Source: Gammaproteobacteria bacterium
GTDB lineage: Bacteria > Pseudomonadota > Gammaproteobacteria > UBA4575
Length of the DNA: 64,000 nt
Direction: 5' to 3'
Assembly: GCA_965222615.1 (NCBI GenBank)
Contig: CBDCUI010000009.1
Location: 64,001 to 128,000, forward strand
Shown here: positions 18,743-28,756 of the stretch, piece after piece
How positions within the stretch are numbered: the stretch's first letter is position 1
How the letters are laid out: the number at the start of each line of letters is the position of its first letter
The notes under the pieces: model-generated
Database searches by the model: none
Told to the model about the DNA's origin: nothing
What the model saw: only the letters and a program-made list of their open reading frames with translations
Program-made: the position numbers and the translations under genes

Positions 18743-19012
18743 CTAATAATTAAAAGACTCTGCTGTTAGTGTAACCTTTGTACCTTCTAACGCTTTCTTA
18801 AACGGTCCAAACTCTGGAGTGTCCCCAAAGATCGGAAAGCTACCGTCGCATCCAGTTAAGTAAATAAGTTGTTTGTCGTCTATGTCTCGGCCTTCACCCA
18901 CTATCAGTAATGCGCCGTCCTTGTCTGTATACATAGTACCTTCAACAAGATCTGCAAAACTTAATTCTTCTTCGCGATGTTCAGGTGTTTCCACTTCTAT
19001 ATCTACAATCAT
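18743..19012 (-). CDS. Hypothetical acidic protein
   Basis: GGAG RBS; 89 aa; only minus-strand gene of the element. Confidence 0.55.
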   Translation of the reverse strand: MIVDIEVETPEHREEELSFADLVEGTMYTDKDGALLIVGEGRDIDDKQLIYLTGCDGSFPIFGDTPEFGPFKKALEGTKVTLTAESFNY

Positions 19013-19266
19013 TATGTAGTTACTCCATGTAAATTAAATAAGTAACTACTTTAGTTACAAAGACACACCTAATCCAATCAATTCTCTTTCTAACTTGACT
19101 ACTCTAAACAGTTGAGAGTCGTCAACTACGGCGAGTAACTTACTGCTACAAATAACTAAAGCAGTGTTCGCTGCGTTTACAACATTCAATGACACTCAAC
19201 GATTGAGTACTGTCAAAAAATTCTACTTATAACCCACCCACTAACTCTGCAAAGGAGTACATAACT

Positions 19267-19506
19267 ATGAAATGGACAAAAGTAAATAAAGATACAGCAC
19301 ACAGATACGTAGTAGATGGAGGACTTCTTTCAGAAGGGGTTTCCACTCTCAGATCATTTAAGGATAAACTTCGCGCGACTAAGTTTGCAAAGGCTCTATC
19401 CAGAGCTATCGGTGCATGTAATTTATTAGATAAAGAGAAACTAGTTCTACAACGATTCGTTAAAGGTGACTCAAAAGCGACCTTTTCCGTAATTTACGCC
19501 TCTTAA
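19267..19506 (+). CDS. Hypothetical protein
   Basis: AAGGAG RBS. Confidence 0.55.
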   Translation: MKWTKVNKDTAHRYVVDGGLLSEGVSTLRSFKDKLRATKFAKALSRAIGACNLLDKEKLVLQRFVKGDSKATFSVIYAS

Positions 19507-19629
19507 TCCACTGATTTTGCTAAGGGTCAAATGTCTTATTTGAGCTATTTAAAACACCCCTAGCTCTACTATTAATTATTTAAACAAACGATCTGAGAGG
19601 CTCTCACGATCTATACCCATTCAATAATC

Positions 19630-19797
19630 ATGAATAACGAACCAATAACTACTCAAGACCCCGACATCAGGGTACTGCTAGAAAACATTCAAAGGCTGAG
19701 GTCATATGTCCCAGCCAAGGATAGTCTGTGGCAACGACTTAAAACTGCCAAGAAGAAAACTAGAAACAACAAACCTATAGGAAAACAAAACCAATGA
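19630..19797 (+). CDS. Small basic hypothetical protein (55 aa), not in the ORF track
   Basis: MNNEPITTQDPDIRVLL...; ATGA overlap with the next gene. Confidence 0.4.
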   Translation: MNNEPITTQDPDIRVLLENIQRLRSYVPAKDSLWQRLKTAKKKTRNNKPIGKQNQ

Positions 19798-20003
19798 AAT
19801 TAAATGTAGAAAAAGTTACTAACTACGTAAATGAAACCTACAAGTCACATGCTAATCAATCTGAACCCGTCATTTCAGATGTTGATCAAGAAGGTAACTA
19901 CACGGTTACTGTTGATCTACTGAAAGATGGTGAAGTAGTTAACACGACAGTTAGTAAGCACTCAGTGTCACCCGCTGAAGCAAGAGCGCACAACCTCTTT
20001 TAA
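19794..20003 (+). CDS. Hypothetical protein
   Basis: AGGA RBS; 69 aa. Confidence 0.55.
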   Translation: MKLNVEKVTNYVNETYKSHANQSEPVISDVDQEGNYTVTVDLLKDGEVVNTTVSKHSVSPAEARAHNLF

Positions 20004-20094
20004 TTGAGCATCAGCCACGCCCGTCGGAGCTAGTCGATTTTCGTTAAGTGGTTACGACGAATCCGACACCTAATTCAACCAACTAAATAAACAT

Positions 20095-20796
20095 ATGACA
20101 TCAAAACATATCCCTGCCGAAGCGGCAGTAAAGATCAATGAATGCAGACCATGCGCAGTAGATTGGTGCAGCGAGTACAGAGCAAATCTATATAAGTACT
20201 GTAAAAGACATGCTTACAGAGACGCTAGATACGGCGACACTAAGTTTACACCACCTGATAAAGCACAACTGTCTCAATATCGTGAATGGTCTTCTAAAGT
20301 ACTACAGGCAAATGCAAATGTACCTCATGTAATCGGTGCGCAACAAATGCTAAGGAAGATTGTTCAACATTGTTTAACTAATAAGAATGAACATGTTAGA
20401 GCGCATGCGAATCGCCTGAACAATTCATTCGATGCATTCAAGGCTTTGCATGATGTTTTTACTATTTGGCTGTGGAGTAATGATTGTTTACACCAAGCTA
20501 TCCAATTTCAAGCTAATGAAATTAAAGTACGCGACCGATTAATAGGAAGAAAATTCCTATCGGTGACACCCCTAAATAGTGAGCTGCATAAATGCAGTAA
20601 TCCAAGTGGGCGAGTCTGCCAAATCTACGGCGAATTAATAACACAAAACTTGCTAAGGATTTTTTTAGCCCTCACTCAAATCGTTGATGAGTCAAAAAAG
20701 ATGGAGCAAGAAGCCAAAGAAGAAAGTATCGAATTGAACTATCCGCAAGAGACCTTAGAACTTGCAAACAAAATGTTAAACCAACTAAGCAACTAA
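20095..20796 (+). CDS. Hypothetical protein with N-terminal Cys/His cluster (possible Zn finger)
   Basis: CRPCAVDWC...YCKRH. Confidence 0.6.
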   Translation: MTSKHIPAEAAVKINECRPCAVDWCSEYRANLYKYCKRHAYRDARYGDTKFTPPDKAQLSQYREWSSKVLQANANVPHVIGAQQMLRKIVQHCLTNKNEHVRAHANRLNNSFDAFKALHDVFTIWLWSNDCLHQAIQFQANEIKVRDRLIGRKFLSVTPLNSELHKCSNPSGRVCQIYGELITQNLLRIFLALTQIVDESKKMEQEAKEESIELNYPQETLELANKMLNQLSN

Positions 20797-20813
20797 CCAA
20801 AAAGGAAGTAAAA

Positions 20814-21683
20814 ATGAATGAAGAAAATAAAAGTGTAACTATTCAACACACAGATAATACTAGTAGAGGGTCAATATCCACTGAAGAAGTAACGCATGAT
20901 CAGTTACCGATGGGCAGATATCCACGACATCGCGTGTCTACTGAAGACTTCAAGCCTTATGAGGACAACCGATACGATGGCGGTCCGATAGTTAACGATT
21001 ACAGTAAATACAATACGAACCCTGCAAGTAAGACGATTCGCACCAATGAATCTGAAGTATACGGTGGTGAGGGCGAATTAAGCTTTCAAGCTATTACGGG
21101 CATGACTCGTAACTTTAGAAATGCTGAGCCGCATGACCTAGTTACCTTACCTGGTGGAATGGAACTAAAAGTTGAGCAAGCACTTGCACACGGAATGATT
21201 GTTAAGACAGATGAGGGCTATTCTTTACCTGGACAACCAGCACAACAACAACCTCAACCAGCTCAAAAGGTGAATGAGCAACAGTTTATTGAATTGAGTC
21301 CTGACGAAGATCACTCGCTTGCAAATGAGACCATGCAAGAACAAACCGAAGCTATGAGAGAGCATCTCGGTGATGATAAATATGAGCGTTATGCTGAACT
21401 AGTTGCTACTCACGATAATCTCGATGATGTAATTGACGCGCTCGGTGATGAGCTTCAGGGCAATTACGATTACGCAGAGACCGTTACAAATGCGCTAATT
21501 AAGAATGTGGTCAATGAAGGACTTACTTATGCTCAGGCAAGGGGAGCCGACCGAGAAGGCTTCAAGGCATATCTATTCAACCATCCGAACCAAGTTGCAG
21601 TTAAGAAAGCAATTACTAAGCTATTCAAAAGTCACAATCCTGCGCACTTGAACGAGTTCATTAATAGCTACGTAGCTAAGTAA
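20814..21683 (+). CDS. Hypothetical acidic protein, possibly capsid scaffold-like
   Basis: AAGGAAG RBS; P/Q-rich linker; acidic helical C-terminal half. Confidence 0.5.
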   Translation: MNEENKSVTIQHTDNTSRGSISTEEVTHDQLPMGRYPRHRVSTEDFKPYEDNRYDGGPIVNDYSKYNTNPASKTIRTNESEVYGGEGELSFQAITGMTRNFRNAEPHDLVTLPGGMELKVEQALAHGMIVKTDEGYSLPGQPAQQQPQPAQKVNEQQFIELSPDEDHSLANETMQEQTEAMREHLGDDKYERYAELVATHDNLDDVIDALGDELQGNYDYAETVTNALIKNVVNEGLTYAQARGADREGFKAYLFNHPNQVAVKKAITKLFKSHNPAHLNEFINSYVAK

Positions 21684-21696
21684 AGATCCATCAGTT

Positions 21697-21725
21697 TGCC
21701 GGAGCTGTAAATCCGGCATTTCTTT
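21697..21725 (+). terminator. Intrinsic terminator-like hairpin upstream of xis-int
   Basis: TGCCGGA-GCTGTAAA-TCCGGCA followed by TTTCTTT. Confidence 0.6.
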
Positions 21726-21756
21726 ACATTCATTTCATTAACTAAAGGAGTAAACA

Positions 21757-22086
21757 ATTAGTGATGAAACTTTATCCCTTAGCGAAGCTGCACATCTATT
21801 AAAGATGTCACCTGAAGCGTTACGGCGCAAAGCTAAGGCCTGTGATATTCCTGGCGCAAAACCTGCCAAGGAATGGGTATTTATTAAGGAAGATTTACTC
21901 GCTTACATCCGCTCATGTTATGCTAAACCTGTAACTGTGTGGAGTGAGCGATCAACTGAAAAGGAGATCAATCAATGCCATACAAACGAAAAGACAATGG
22001 AGTCTATTACTCCAATTTTGAATCCAGAAGTGGAGAGCGGGTACGAAAGAGCCTTAGGACGCGTGATAGAAATGAGGCCATCATAA
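21757..22086 (+). CDS. Excisionase-like HTH_17 protein, apparent ATT start
   Basis: ETLSLSEAAHLLKMSPEALRRKAK..IPGAKPAKEWVF; helix 1 lies upstream of the ATG at 21805; AAGGAG-N6-ATT; in-frame TAA at 21751. Confidence 0.7.
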   Translation: MSDETLSLSEAAHLLKMSPEALRRKAKACDIPGAKPAKEWVFIKEDLLAYIRSCYAKPVTVWSERSTEKEINQCHTNEKTMESITPILNPEVESGYERALGRVIEMRPS

Positions 22087-23036
22087 AAGAGGCTGAATTG
22101 ATTGCGGCAGATAAGGGTGAAGTCGTACAGATTAACAATAACCGGAAAACTTGGCGTGATGCTGTTTACCGATACTGGAATGAAGTGGAAGGTAAAGCTA
22201 GCGCTGATTGTATTCAAATACATTTAAGGTTCTTGGATACATTCTTAGGAGATAAGTATCTCGATGAGATCAATGATGAACTTATCGAAGATATTATTGC
22301 TGCTAAAAGTAGTGAGAAAAACCGTAAAGGTGAGAAGCTATCCGGTGCTACAGTTAATCGATTAACGGCGACGTTAAAGTCGGTGTTCAATAGTGCAAAG
22401 AAATACAGATGGATCGACAACGTTCCGTATGTAAGAAAGTTAGAAGAGTCAGAGGGTAGGAGTAGGTATCTCACACCATCTGAATCTAAACGATTACTTG
22501 ATCATTGTGCTGAACACTTAAAACCGATAGTGACATTTGCTTTGCATACAGGCTTGAGAAAGCAGAATGTATTAAGGCTTAGATGGGAGAATGTAGACCT
22601 CGATCAAGGTAAGTGCTGGGTGCTTAGCTCAGAGCATAAAAACCGAAAGGCGAGGGGTGTTACTCTCAATAGTGTTGCTTTAGGGGTGCTACGAGAATTA
22701 GCTATATATAAGGTGTCGCCCTATGTATTTAACTATAGGGGGCGGCCTATTGGAGATGTGAAGACGGGACTTAAGCGAGCCTGTGAACGGGCTGGCTTAA
22801 AGGACATATCCTTCCACACATTTCGACATACTTATGCTTCTTTACTAGCACAGCAAAACGTTTCGACCCTAGTTTTAAAGGAGCTAGGTGGATGGAAGTC
22901 AATGCAAATGGCTCAAAGATACGCTCATCTTAATGATGACGGACTGCGAGAATACCAAGAATTGCTTGTAGGTTTGTCACAGTACTGTGACAAAAATCCA
23001 CCGCCCAAGTTAAGGCTAGTAAGTGGAAAATCGTAA
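21975..23036 (+). CDS. int: Tyrosine recombinase / phage integrase
   Basis: TGLRK (R), HKN (K), HTFRH, LGGW and RYAH (Y); adjacent to attR. Confidence 0.95.
   Translation: MPYKRKDNGVYYSNFESRSGERVRKSLRTRDRNEAIIKEAELIAADKGEVVQINNNRKTWRDAVYRYWNEVEGKASADCIQIHLRFLDTFLGDKYLDEINDELIEDIIAAKSSEKNRKGEKLSGATVNRLTATLKSVFNSAKKYRWIDNVPYVRKLEESEGRSRYLTPSESKRLLDHCAEHLKPIVTFALHTGLRKQNVLRLRWENVDLDQGKCWVLSSEHKNRKARGVTLNSVALGVLRELAIYKVSPYVFNYRGRPIGDVKTGLKRACERAGLKDISFHTFRHTYASLLAQQNVSTLVLKELGGWKSMQMAQRYAHLNDDGLREYQELLVGLSQYCDKNPPPKLRLVSGKS
22973..22994. promoter_or_regulatory. Perfect 22-bp palindrome (candidate integrase arm-site pair)
   Basis: TTTGTCACAGTACTGTGACAAA; the TGTCACA/TGTGACA half-site also occurs near attL (7586, 7644). 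Confidence 0.6.
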
Positions 23037-23067
23037 GTGATTGAGTTAAATTAGGAAATTCGGTTAT

Positions 23068-23143
23068 GCGGGAATAGCTCAGTTGGTAGAGCGCAACCTT
23101 GCCAAGGTTGAGGTCGCGAGTTCGAACCTCGTTTCCCGCTCCA
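23068..23143 (+). tRNA. tRNA-Gly (GCC), intact, includes attR
   Basis: 76-nt cloverleaf GCGGGAA...TTGCCAA...GTTCGAA...TTCCCGCTCCA. Confidence 0.98.
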
Positions 23144-23429
23144 TAACTATTATCTAAGTTTGGTGGTCTACAACTACTTTCTAAAGTTACCCCTTAATCA
23201 CTCAGCAAGCTTCCTATTTCAAGACTAAAAAGAAAAATTCTCTAAGGGGGAGGGCATAAATGAGCTGCCCACACACACAAAAGAGCAAAGTACTATTAGA
23301 TAAAATACTTAATAAATCAGCTGAAGTATGAATCTAGAGTTTAAAGTAGTAAAATACATAGTTGTGTACCGTATTTAATTGCTTTGCTTTATATATGGTT
23401 TGTTTTTATTATTTATTATATGTGTAAAT

Positions 23430-24239
23430 TTATTTTCTTCTTATATTAGGTTTGATCCCAATAATGGATTCTCTTATCTGTATCCATATTTGAAGTATTG
23501 TCTTTTTTAAAAGATCACCGTCGGGTACAAGGAACTTAATAATGAGCCCACATTCATTGGGTAACAATGTAGCGCCTCCGTAAATATTGTCATAATTTTG
23601 CATATTAGTTTGTAAAGTTTCTAGTAAAGAATTATTCATATTTGAGCGGTTAATAACTGAAACTGTACCCATACCAATATATCTTTGTTTGCTATTTAAA
23701 AAGTTTTTTTGGTTCATTAGATAGGCATCTTTAGCTAGAAGCTCATTTTTTTCTGTATAAATTTGTAAATAGCTATTTAGTTGACTAAAAAGCTGGTTGT
23801 TGCCATTGAGAAAATGCAATAAGAAAGCATCCACAATGACAACGGTACTTGTTTCATCAACATATGCATTAATTGTCGAGTAAAGCTTAGATGCCGGAAA
23901 AAGTATTAGTGGATCCGATATGTATTCCGTATAGGCATGTTCATTAGCGTTTATATTAATAACTTGTTGCGCATTTTTATTTGTCATGCCATGTACAATA
24001 GTGGAAGCCTGTGTTGTGATATGACTAAATGATTCTGCATTAGCAGTTACATTGGTAGTAAGCGTTTCATTTTCGTATATTCCACCCGATGCAGATTGAA
24101 TATAGATATTGGCCATACCGTAAGGGTCATTCTCATAATATTGAGTCCGACAAATATGAAAAGGGTAGGATGCATACTGATTCTTAAGGTATGTTTTTCC
24201 ATCTTCGTTTTTAGTAAATTCCAGAGATAATTCACTCAT
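23430..24239 (-). CDS. ureD: Urease accessory protein UreD
   Basis: QYASYPFH, SASGG and ITTQASTIVH; last gene of the ure operon. Confidence 0.85.
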   Translation of the reverse strand: MSELSLEFTKNEDGKTYLKNQYASYPFHICRTQYYENDPYGMANIYIQSASGGIYENETLTTNVTANAESFSHITTQASTIVHGMTNKNAQQVININANEHAYTEYISDPLILFPASKLYSTINAYVDETSTVVIVDAFLLHFLNGNNQLFSQLNSYLQIYTEKNELLAKDAYLMNQKNFLNSKQRYIGMGTVSVINRSNMNNSLLETLQTNMQNYDNIYGGATLLPNECGLIIKFLVPDGDLLKKTILQIWIQIRESIIGIKPNIRRK

Positions 24240-24262
24240 TAACTTATTTTTATCGTTTTGAG

Positions 24263-24874
24263 TTAATTGAATAACACATTATTGACTATATGATTAACAA
24301 CTTCTTCTATACCTTCTCCAGTTTTGCAGTTAGTGAGTACAAGGGGTTTACCATCCCTAACTTCTTGGCTTTCTTTCACCATTAAGTCAACATCGGCGCC
24401 TACATAGGGGGCCAGATCAACTTTATTGATCACCAATAGATCGGATTGCACAACTCCTGGTCCGCGTTTTCTAGGAATATCGTCGCCTTCGGAGGTATCG
24501 ATGACGAACATCCAATAATCGACAAGGTCTAGAGAAAAGGTGGATGCAAGATTATCGCCACCACTTTCAATCAATATGATGTCCAAATTTTGGAATTCAT
24601 TATCCAAGCGATCTGCAGCTTGTATATTTAAGGTGGGATCTTCGCGAATAACGGTATGTGGACAAGCACCGGCTTCCACTGCAATAACACGTTCAGGTGC
24701 AAGCAAACCCGATTGCTGTAGACGTTTAGCATCTTCTCGCGTAACTAAATCATTCGTTACAATTGCAATTTCATTTCCTCTATTAATAAAAAAGGGAATT
24801 AATTGCTCAATCAGTGCAGTTTTCCCTGAACCAACAGGACCACCGATACCGACTCGTGCAGGACCATTTGACAT
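24263..24874 (-). CDS. ureG: Urease accessory GTPase UreG
   Basis: [20 protein letters not shown] and NKVD. Confidence 0.96.
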   Translation of the reverse strand: MSNGPARVGIGGPVGSGKTALIEQLIPFFINRGNEIAIVTNDLVTREDAKRLQQSGLLAPERVIAVEAGACPHTVIREDPTLNIQAADRLDNEFQNLDIILIESGGDNLASTFSLDLVDYWMFVIDTSEGDDIPRKRGPGVVQSDLLVINKVDLAPYVGADVDLMVKESQEVRDGKPLVLTNCKTGEGIEEVVNHIVNNVLFN

Positions 24875-24882
24875 GTGTGTAG

Positions 24883-26595
24883 CTACCGAAGCATATATCG
24901 CTGAGTTAGTGGTAATGTTTTAGCGGGCTCGCAAGTAGCAAGCTCATCATCCACATAGACATCAAAGGTTTCAGGATTGACAGTAACTTTTGGACAACTA
25001 TCGTTATGTAACATGTGACTTTTGTTCAATTTGCGCGTGCCTTGTGCAGGCAAATTGGTTTTTTGAAGCTGCAATTTATCACCAATATTATCATCAACTG
25101 CAGATTGGTTGACAAAATTTACACTTAGATGTTGCTTAGCATTACCAAATGCACCCCATTGTGGTCGCATCGCTAAAGGTTCACAAGTCATTAACGATGC
25201 AGCACTGTCGCCCATTGCCGACCAAACAATAAATCCACCTTTAACGACTAGTTCAGGTTTAATTCCAAAAAATGCAGGTTTCCACAAGACTACATCACCC
25301 ATTTTTCCCTTTTCCAGAGAACCGATGTACTGATCAATACCAAAAGTACGTGCAGCATTAATTGTATATTTTGCAATAAAACGTTTTATTCTTTCATTAT
25401 CACCACCTTTAGTAGTTTCTTCTGCAAGGCGCCCGCGTTGGTCTTTCATCTTGCTAGCAAGTTGCCAAGTTCGACAAATGACTTCATTAATGCGACCCAT
25501 ACCTTGACTGTCTGAACCCAACATAGAAATTGCACCAAGATCATGTAATACATCTTCTGCGGCAATGGTCTGTGCACGAATACGACTCTCGGCAAATGCT
25601 ACGTCTTCCGGTATGGCGGGGTTTAAATGATGACAAACCATTGTCATATCTAAATGCTCATCAAAGGTATTAACGGTATATGGATTTGTCGGGTTGGTAG
25701 AGGAGGGCAGACAGTTATATTCACCAGCAACCCGGATAATATCGGGAGCATGACCTCCACCTGCACCTTCGGTGTGATACATATGAATTGTACGACCATT
25801 GATTGCCGCTAAGGTGTTTTCGACAAAACCACTCTCGTTGAGTGTGTCTGTATGCAATTGGACCTGGAAATCTAAATCATCAGCAACGGCAAGGCAGGTG
25901 TCAATTACTGCAGGCATCGCGCCCCAATCTTCATGAATTTTTAGTCCTAAACAGCCCCCCGCCATTTGGTCGATTAAAGATCTAGGTTTAGATGAATTAC
26001 CACGCCCCAAAAAACCAAAGTTTAGCGGCCATTGTTCCGATGCTTGTAACATCTTGCCAACATTCCACGCACCGCCACAATCGATACCTACTGTAATTGG
26101 TCCAAGTGAGCCTCCAATCATAGTAGTAATACCAGAACTTATTGCATGTTCACAGAGTTGTGCACTGTCAAAATGTACATGTACATCTATTCCCCCAGGG
26201 GTTGCAATAAGTCCTTCTGCATCACGCACAGTAGTTGCTGCTGCACAAACAAGATCAGGGTCAACATTGTCCATAGTGGCGGGATTACCCGCTTTGCCTA
26301 CACCGGCAATTTTTCCTTGTTTAATTCCGATATCGGCTTTAACGATTCCCAATACAGGATCGATAACCAGTGCATTGCTAATTAACATGTCTAACGACCC
26401 TGCAGCACTATCATAGCCAGGGGTTAACCCCAAGCCATCACGTAATGTTTTACCTCCTCCATGTAAACACTCATCACCATGTACAGCATAATCGTGTTCC
26501 ACTTCTGCTAATAAAGATGTATCACCAAGGCGTACCGCATCTCCAGTAGTGGGGCCGTACATCACTGCGTATTCTTTTCTTGAAATTTTGATCAT
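24883..26595 (-). CDS. ureC: Urease alpha subunit (divergent)
   Basis: [40 protein letters not shown] and SDSQ. Confidence 0.93.
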   Translation of the reverse strand: MIKISRKEYAVMYGPTTGDAVRLGDTSLLAEVEHDYAVHGDECLHGGGKTLRDGLGLTPGYDSAAGSLDMLISNALVIDPVLGIVKADIGIKQGKIAGVGKAGNPATMDNVDPDLVCAAATTVRDAEGLIATPGGIDVHVHFDSAQLCEHAISSGITTMIGGSLGPITVGIDCGGAWNVGKMLQASEQWPLNFGFLGRGNSSKPRSLIDQMAGGCLGLKIHEDWGAMPAVIDTCLAVADDLDFQVQLHTDTLNESGFVENTLAAINGRTIHMYHTEGAGGGHAPDIIRVAGEYNCLPSSTNPTNPYTVNTFDEHLDMTMVCHHLNPAIPEDVAFAESRIRAQTIAAEDVLHDLGAISMLGSDSQGMGRINEVICRTWQLASKMKDQRGRLAEETTKGGDNERIKRFIAKYTINAARTFGIDQYIGSLEKGKMGDVVLWKPAFFGIKPELVVKGGFIVWSAMGDSAASLMTCEPLAMRPQWGAFGNAKQHLSVNFVNQSAVDDNIGDKLQLQKTNLPAQGTRKLNKSHMLHNDSCPKVTVNPETFDVYVDDELATCEPAKTLPLTQRYMLR

Positions 26596-26597
26596 TG

Positions 26598-27299
26598 TTA
26601 TACTCCTTTATACCCGCGGATTTTTGCTTGATATAGAGCTTCTTGTTTTTTAACTTCATTAGAAGTCGATCCATTCGTTAAGCTATTTAAACCATGCACT
26701 TCTCCTGCACCACCGAACGGGACTAATTTTACTTCTTTGCTTTCACCTGGTTCAAAACGTACTGCGGTGCCTGCAGGAATATCTAAATGTTTTCCAAATG
26801 CATTTTCGCGTTTGAAATCTAGAGCAGGGTTAACCTCAAAGAAATGAAAGTGGCTGCCAATTTGTACAGGTCGATCTCCAGTATTTAACACTTTAATCTT
26901 CGTAGAAGATTTATTTTCGTTAATTTTCACATCACCGCTACCAGGAATTATTTCACCGGGTGTGACATCATCTTTACTTTTAGACTTTTTCTTGCCTGAA
27001 CGGATTGGTTCGTGAACGGTTACAAGTTTTGTTCCATCAGGAAATGTTGCTTCTACTTGTAGCATATGCATCATTTCTTCTACACCAGTCATTACATCAT
27101 CAGTACTTAATAGGGTAGAGCCATGACTAATCAGCTCTGCTACAGTGCGTCCTTCTCTAGCACCTTCTAATATTTCATCTGCAATAATTGCAGTTGCTTC
27201 AGGATGGTTTAATTTTAATCCTTTTTTTTGTCTTTTTCGTGCCAGCTCGGCTGCTGTATATATAGTTAGTCGTTCTAATTCGGTTGGTGTTAAAAGCAT
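26598..27299 (-). CDS. ureAB: Fused urease gamma-beta subunit
   Basis: [29 protein letters not shown] joined to [26 protein letters not shown]. Confidence 0.93.
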   Translation of the reverse strand: MLLTPTELERLTIYTAAELARKRQKKGLKLNHPEATAIIADEILEGAREGRTVAELISHGSTLLSTDDVMTGVEEMMHMLQVEATFPDGTKLVTVHEPIRSGKKKSKSKDDVTPGEIIPGSGDVKINENKSSTKIKVLNTGDRPVQIGSHFHFFEVNPALDFKRENAFGKHLDIPAGTAVRFEPGESKEVKLVPFGGAGEVHGLNSLTNGSTSNEVKKQEALYQAKIRGYKGV

Positions 27300-27332
27300 T
27301 GTTCTCCTCCAAATTTTAGAATAATTATTTAT

Positions 27333-28013
27333 TTAGTTCACAAACAGCCTTGCGTCAGCATTTTCATGACGCATAGAAGCGATATCTGCCAAAGGAGTAA
27401 AAGCATTAATTTCTTCAATTTCAGGAATTGGCCAAGCCGAAGCCTCAGTAATTAAGTTACAAATTCTTGATAAGCTTTTTTGGCATTCAATGTGTCCAAT
27501 AAGCCCAAGCCGTAATGCGGCTCCAAATACAGAGACGCAAAAATTATATGCGGATAAAAGTAATACAAAGTTTTTAGGCAGGCCTATCGAATTCCATATC
27601 AACCCTTGTGATATAGGCAAATGCCCATAGGCTTTGTTGCTTTTAATTAAAGATTGGTAATATTGTGCTTCTGGAATGTTTAATTTGTTATAAGTGGTTA
27701 ATAAAGCCGCGCCTAATCTTTTTGAACCATTTCTTAGTTCGCTAGCTAATGTCATGCATTCAACTAAATGATCTATATAAATTATTTTTTCTATATCATT
27801 TACATTGTCATAAGTATGAGCCAAAACGACCCGTTCGAATGGGCTCCATCTTTCAATAAGTTGGTTTTTGACAAAATCTTTCACATCTTTTGTAGAAGTG
27901 ATGATATTGTCATCCTTTAACATTTCTAAACCCCAAGAAAATGACACGGCACCAGACGGGAAAAAACTATCACCGTGTTGCAAGAGAGTAAGAATTTGTT
28001 TTTCTTTAGTCAT
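27333..28013 (-). CDS. ureF: Urease accessory protein UreF
   Basis: DSFFPSGAVSFSWGLE; C-terminal H....RLF. Confidence 0.9.
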   Translation of the reverse strand: MTKEKQILTLLQHGDSFFPSGAVSFSWGLEMLKDDNIITSTKDVKDFVKNQLIERWSPFERVVLAHTYDNVNDIEKIIYIDHLVECMTLASELRNGSKRLGAALLTTYNKLNIPEAQYYQSLIKSNKAYGHLPISQGLIWNSIGLPKNFVLLLSAYNFCVSVFGAALRLGLIGHIECQKSLSRICNLITEASAWPIPEIEEINAFTPLADIASMRHENADARLFVN

Positions 28014-28455
28014 TATTAATTTGTTTTACTTTTTTTTGTGTAAAGAAGTCTTGTAGGCGTTCTAGGTAGATTTTTTTTGGATTTTCAAGAGCGATATCTA
28101 AGCGGTCTTTTGCAAATTTCACGCGCCAATGCATGTTGCCAGCAAAATATCCTAGTTCAATAGCTGCTGAAACATCTGTAGGTTGAAGTGAAAGCCATCG
28201 ATCTTCGGATGTTTTAACTACGATAGCTCGATCTTTTTCAAGCAATAAAACTGCACCATTTGATAATTTATTGTCACGCGAAATAGAAACAGCACAGTCA
28301 GTGCCTTTATCAGTTTGAGCTCGAAATCGCCTGCGTTGTAAATTTGCGTGATCTAGAACAATATATTCAACTTTATTTTGGTGTGACAAATCGTGCAGTA
28401 TATTCGACAGTTTCGAATCATGTGAATAACCAACTACGTTTTGTATCTGTATCAT
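28006..28455 (-). CDS. ureE: Urease accessory protein UreE
   Basis: RRRFRAQTDKG and LGYFAGNMHW. Confidence 0.88.
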   Translation of the reverse strand: MIQIQNVVGYSHDSKLSNILHDLSHQNKVEYIVLDHANLQRRRFRAQTDKGTDCAVSISRDNKLSNGAVLLLEKDRAIVVKTSEDRWLSLQPTDVSAAIELGYFAGNMHWRVKFAKDRLDIALENPKKIYLERLQDFFTQKKVKQINND

Positions 28456-28509
28456 TAGGAATTATTATTTACATCAATATTCAACCAAATATTTTTTATT
28501 CCTCAAAAT

Positions 28510-28580
28510 AAAAAAGGCCCACCCGCACAAGTAATTTTGTGCTGGTAGGCCCCTTTGCCTGGTCCGTGCAATTTACACGG
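28510..28580 (-). promoter_or_regulatory. ANTAR-type attenuator in the ure leader
   Basis: Minus strand: CCGTG-N7-CACGG, then AGGC-AAAGGG-GCCT hexaloop (A1/G4) overlapping the terminator GGCCTACC...GGTGGGCC-TTTTTT. Confidence 0.75.
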
Positions 28581-28756
28581 TTAATCTGTAATTAAATGTC
28601 TAGATATATGTTTACTATAAACTTAAAGTTCTTTATATAGTCATAGCTATTTCTAATTCTGACTGTAAATATACGCTAGGTCAAGTTTACTGTGTTTTGT
28701 TTATTAACGTTTAGATTTCAATATGCCCTTCCTTATCTAGTTTTATTCTATGCGGC

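Larger units (their letters stand above)
7429..23105. mobile_element. Integrative element / putative phage satellite inserted in tRNA-Gly(GCC)
   Basis: 41-bp flanking direct repeats; tyrosine integrase and Xis-like gene next to attR; helicase and TerS-like genes; no structural genes. Confidence 0.9.

Noticed and set aside
7429-23105. Complete prophage
   Set aside because: No capsid, portal, large terminase, tail or lysis genes are recognisable
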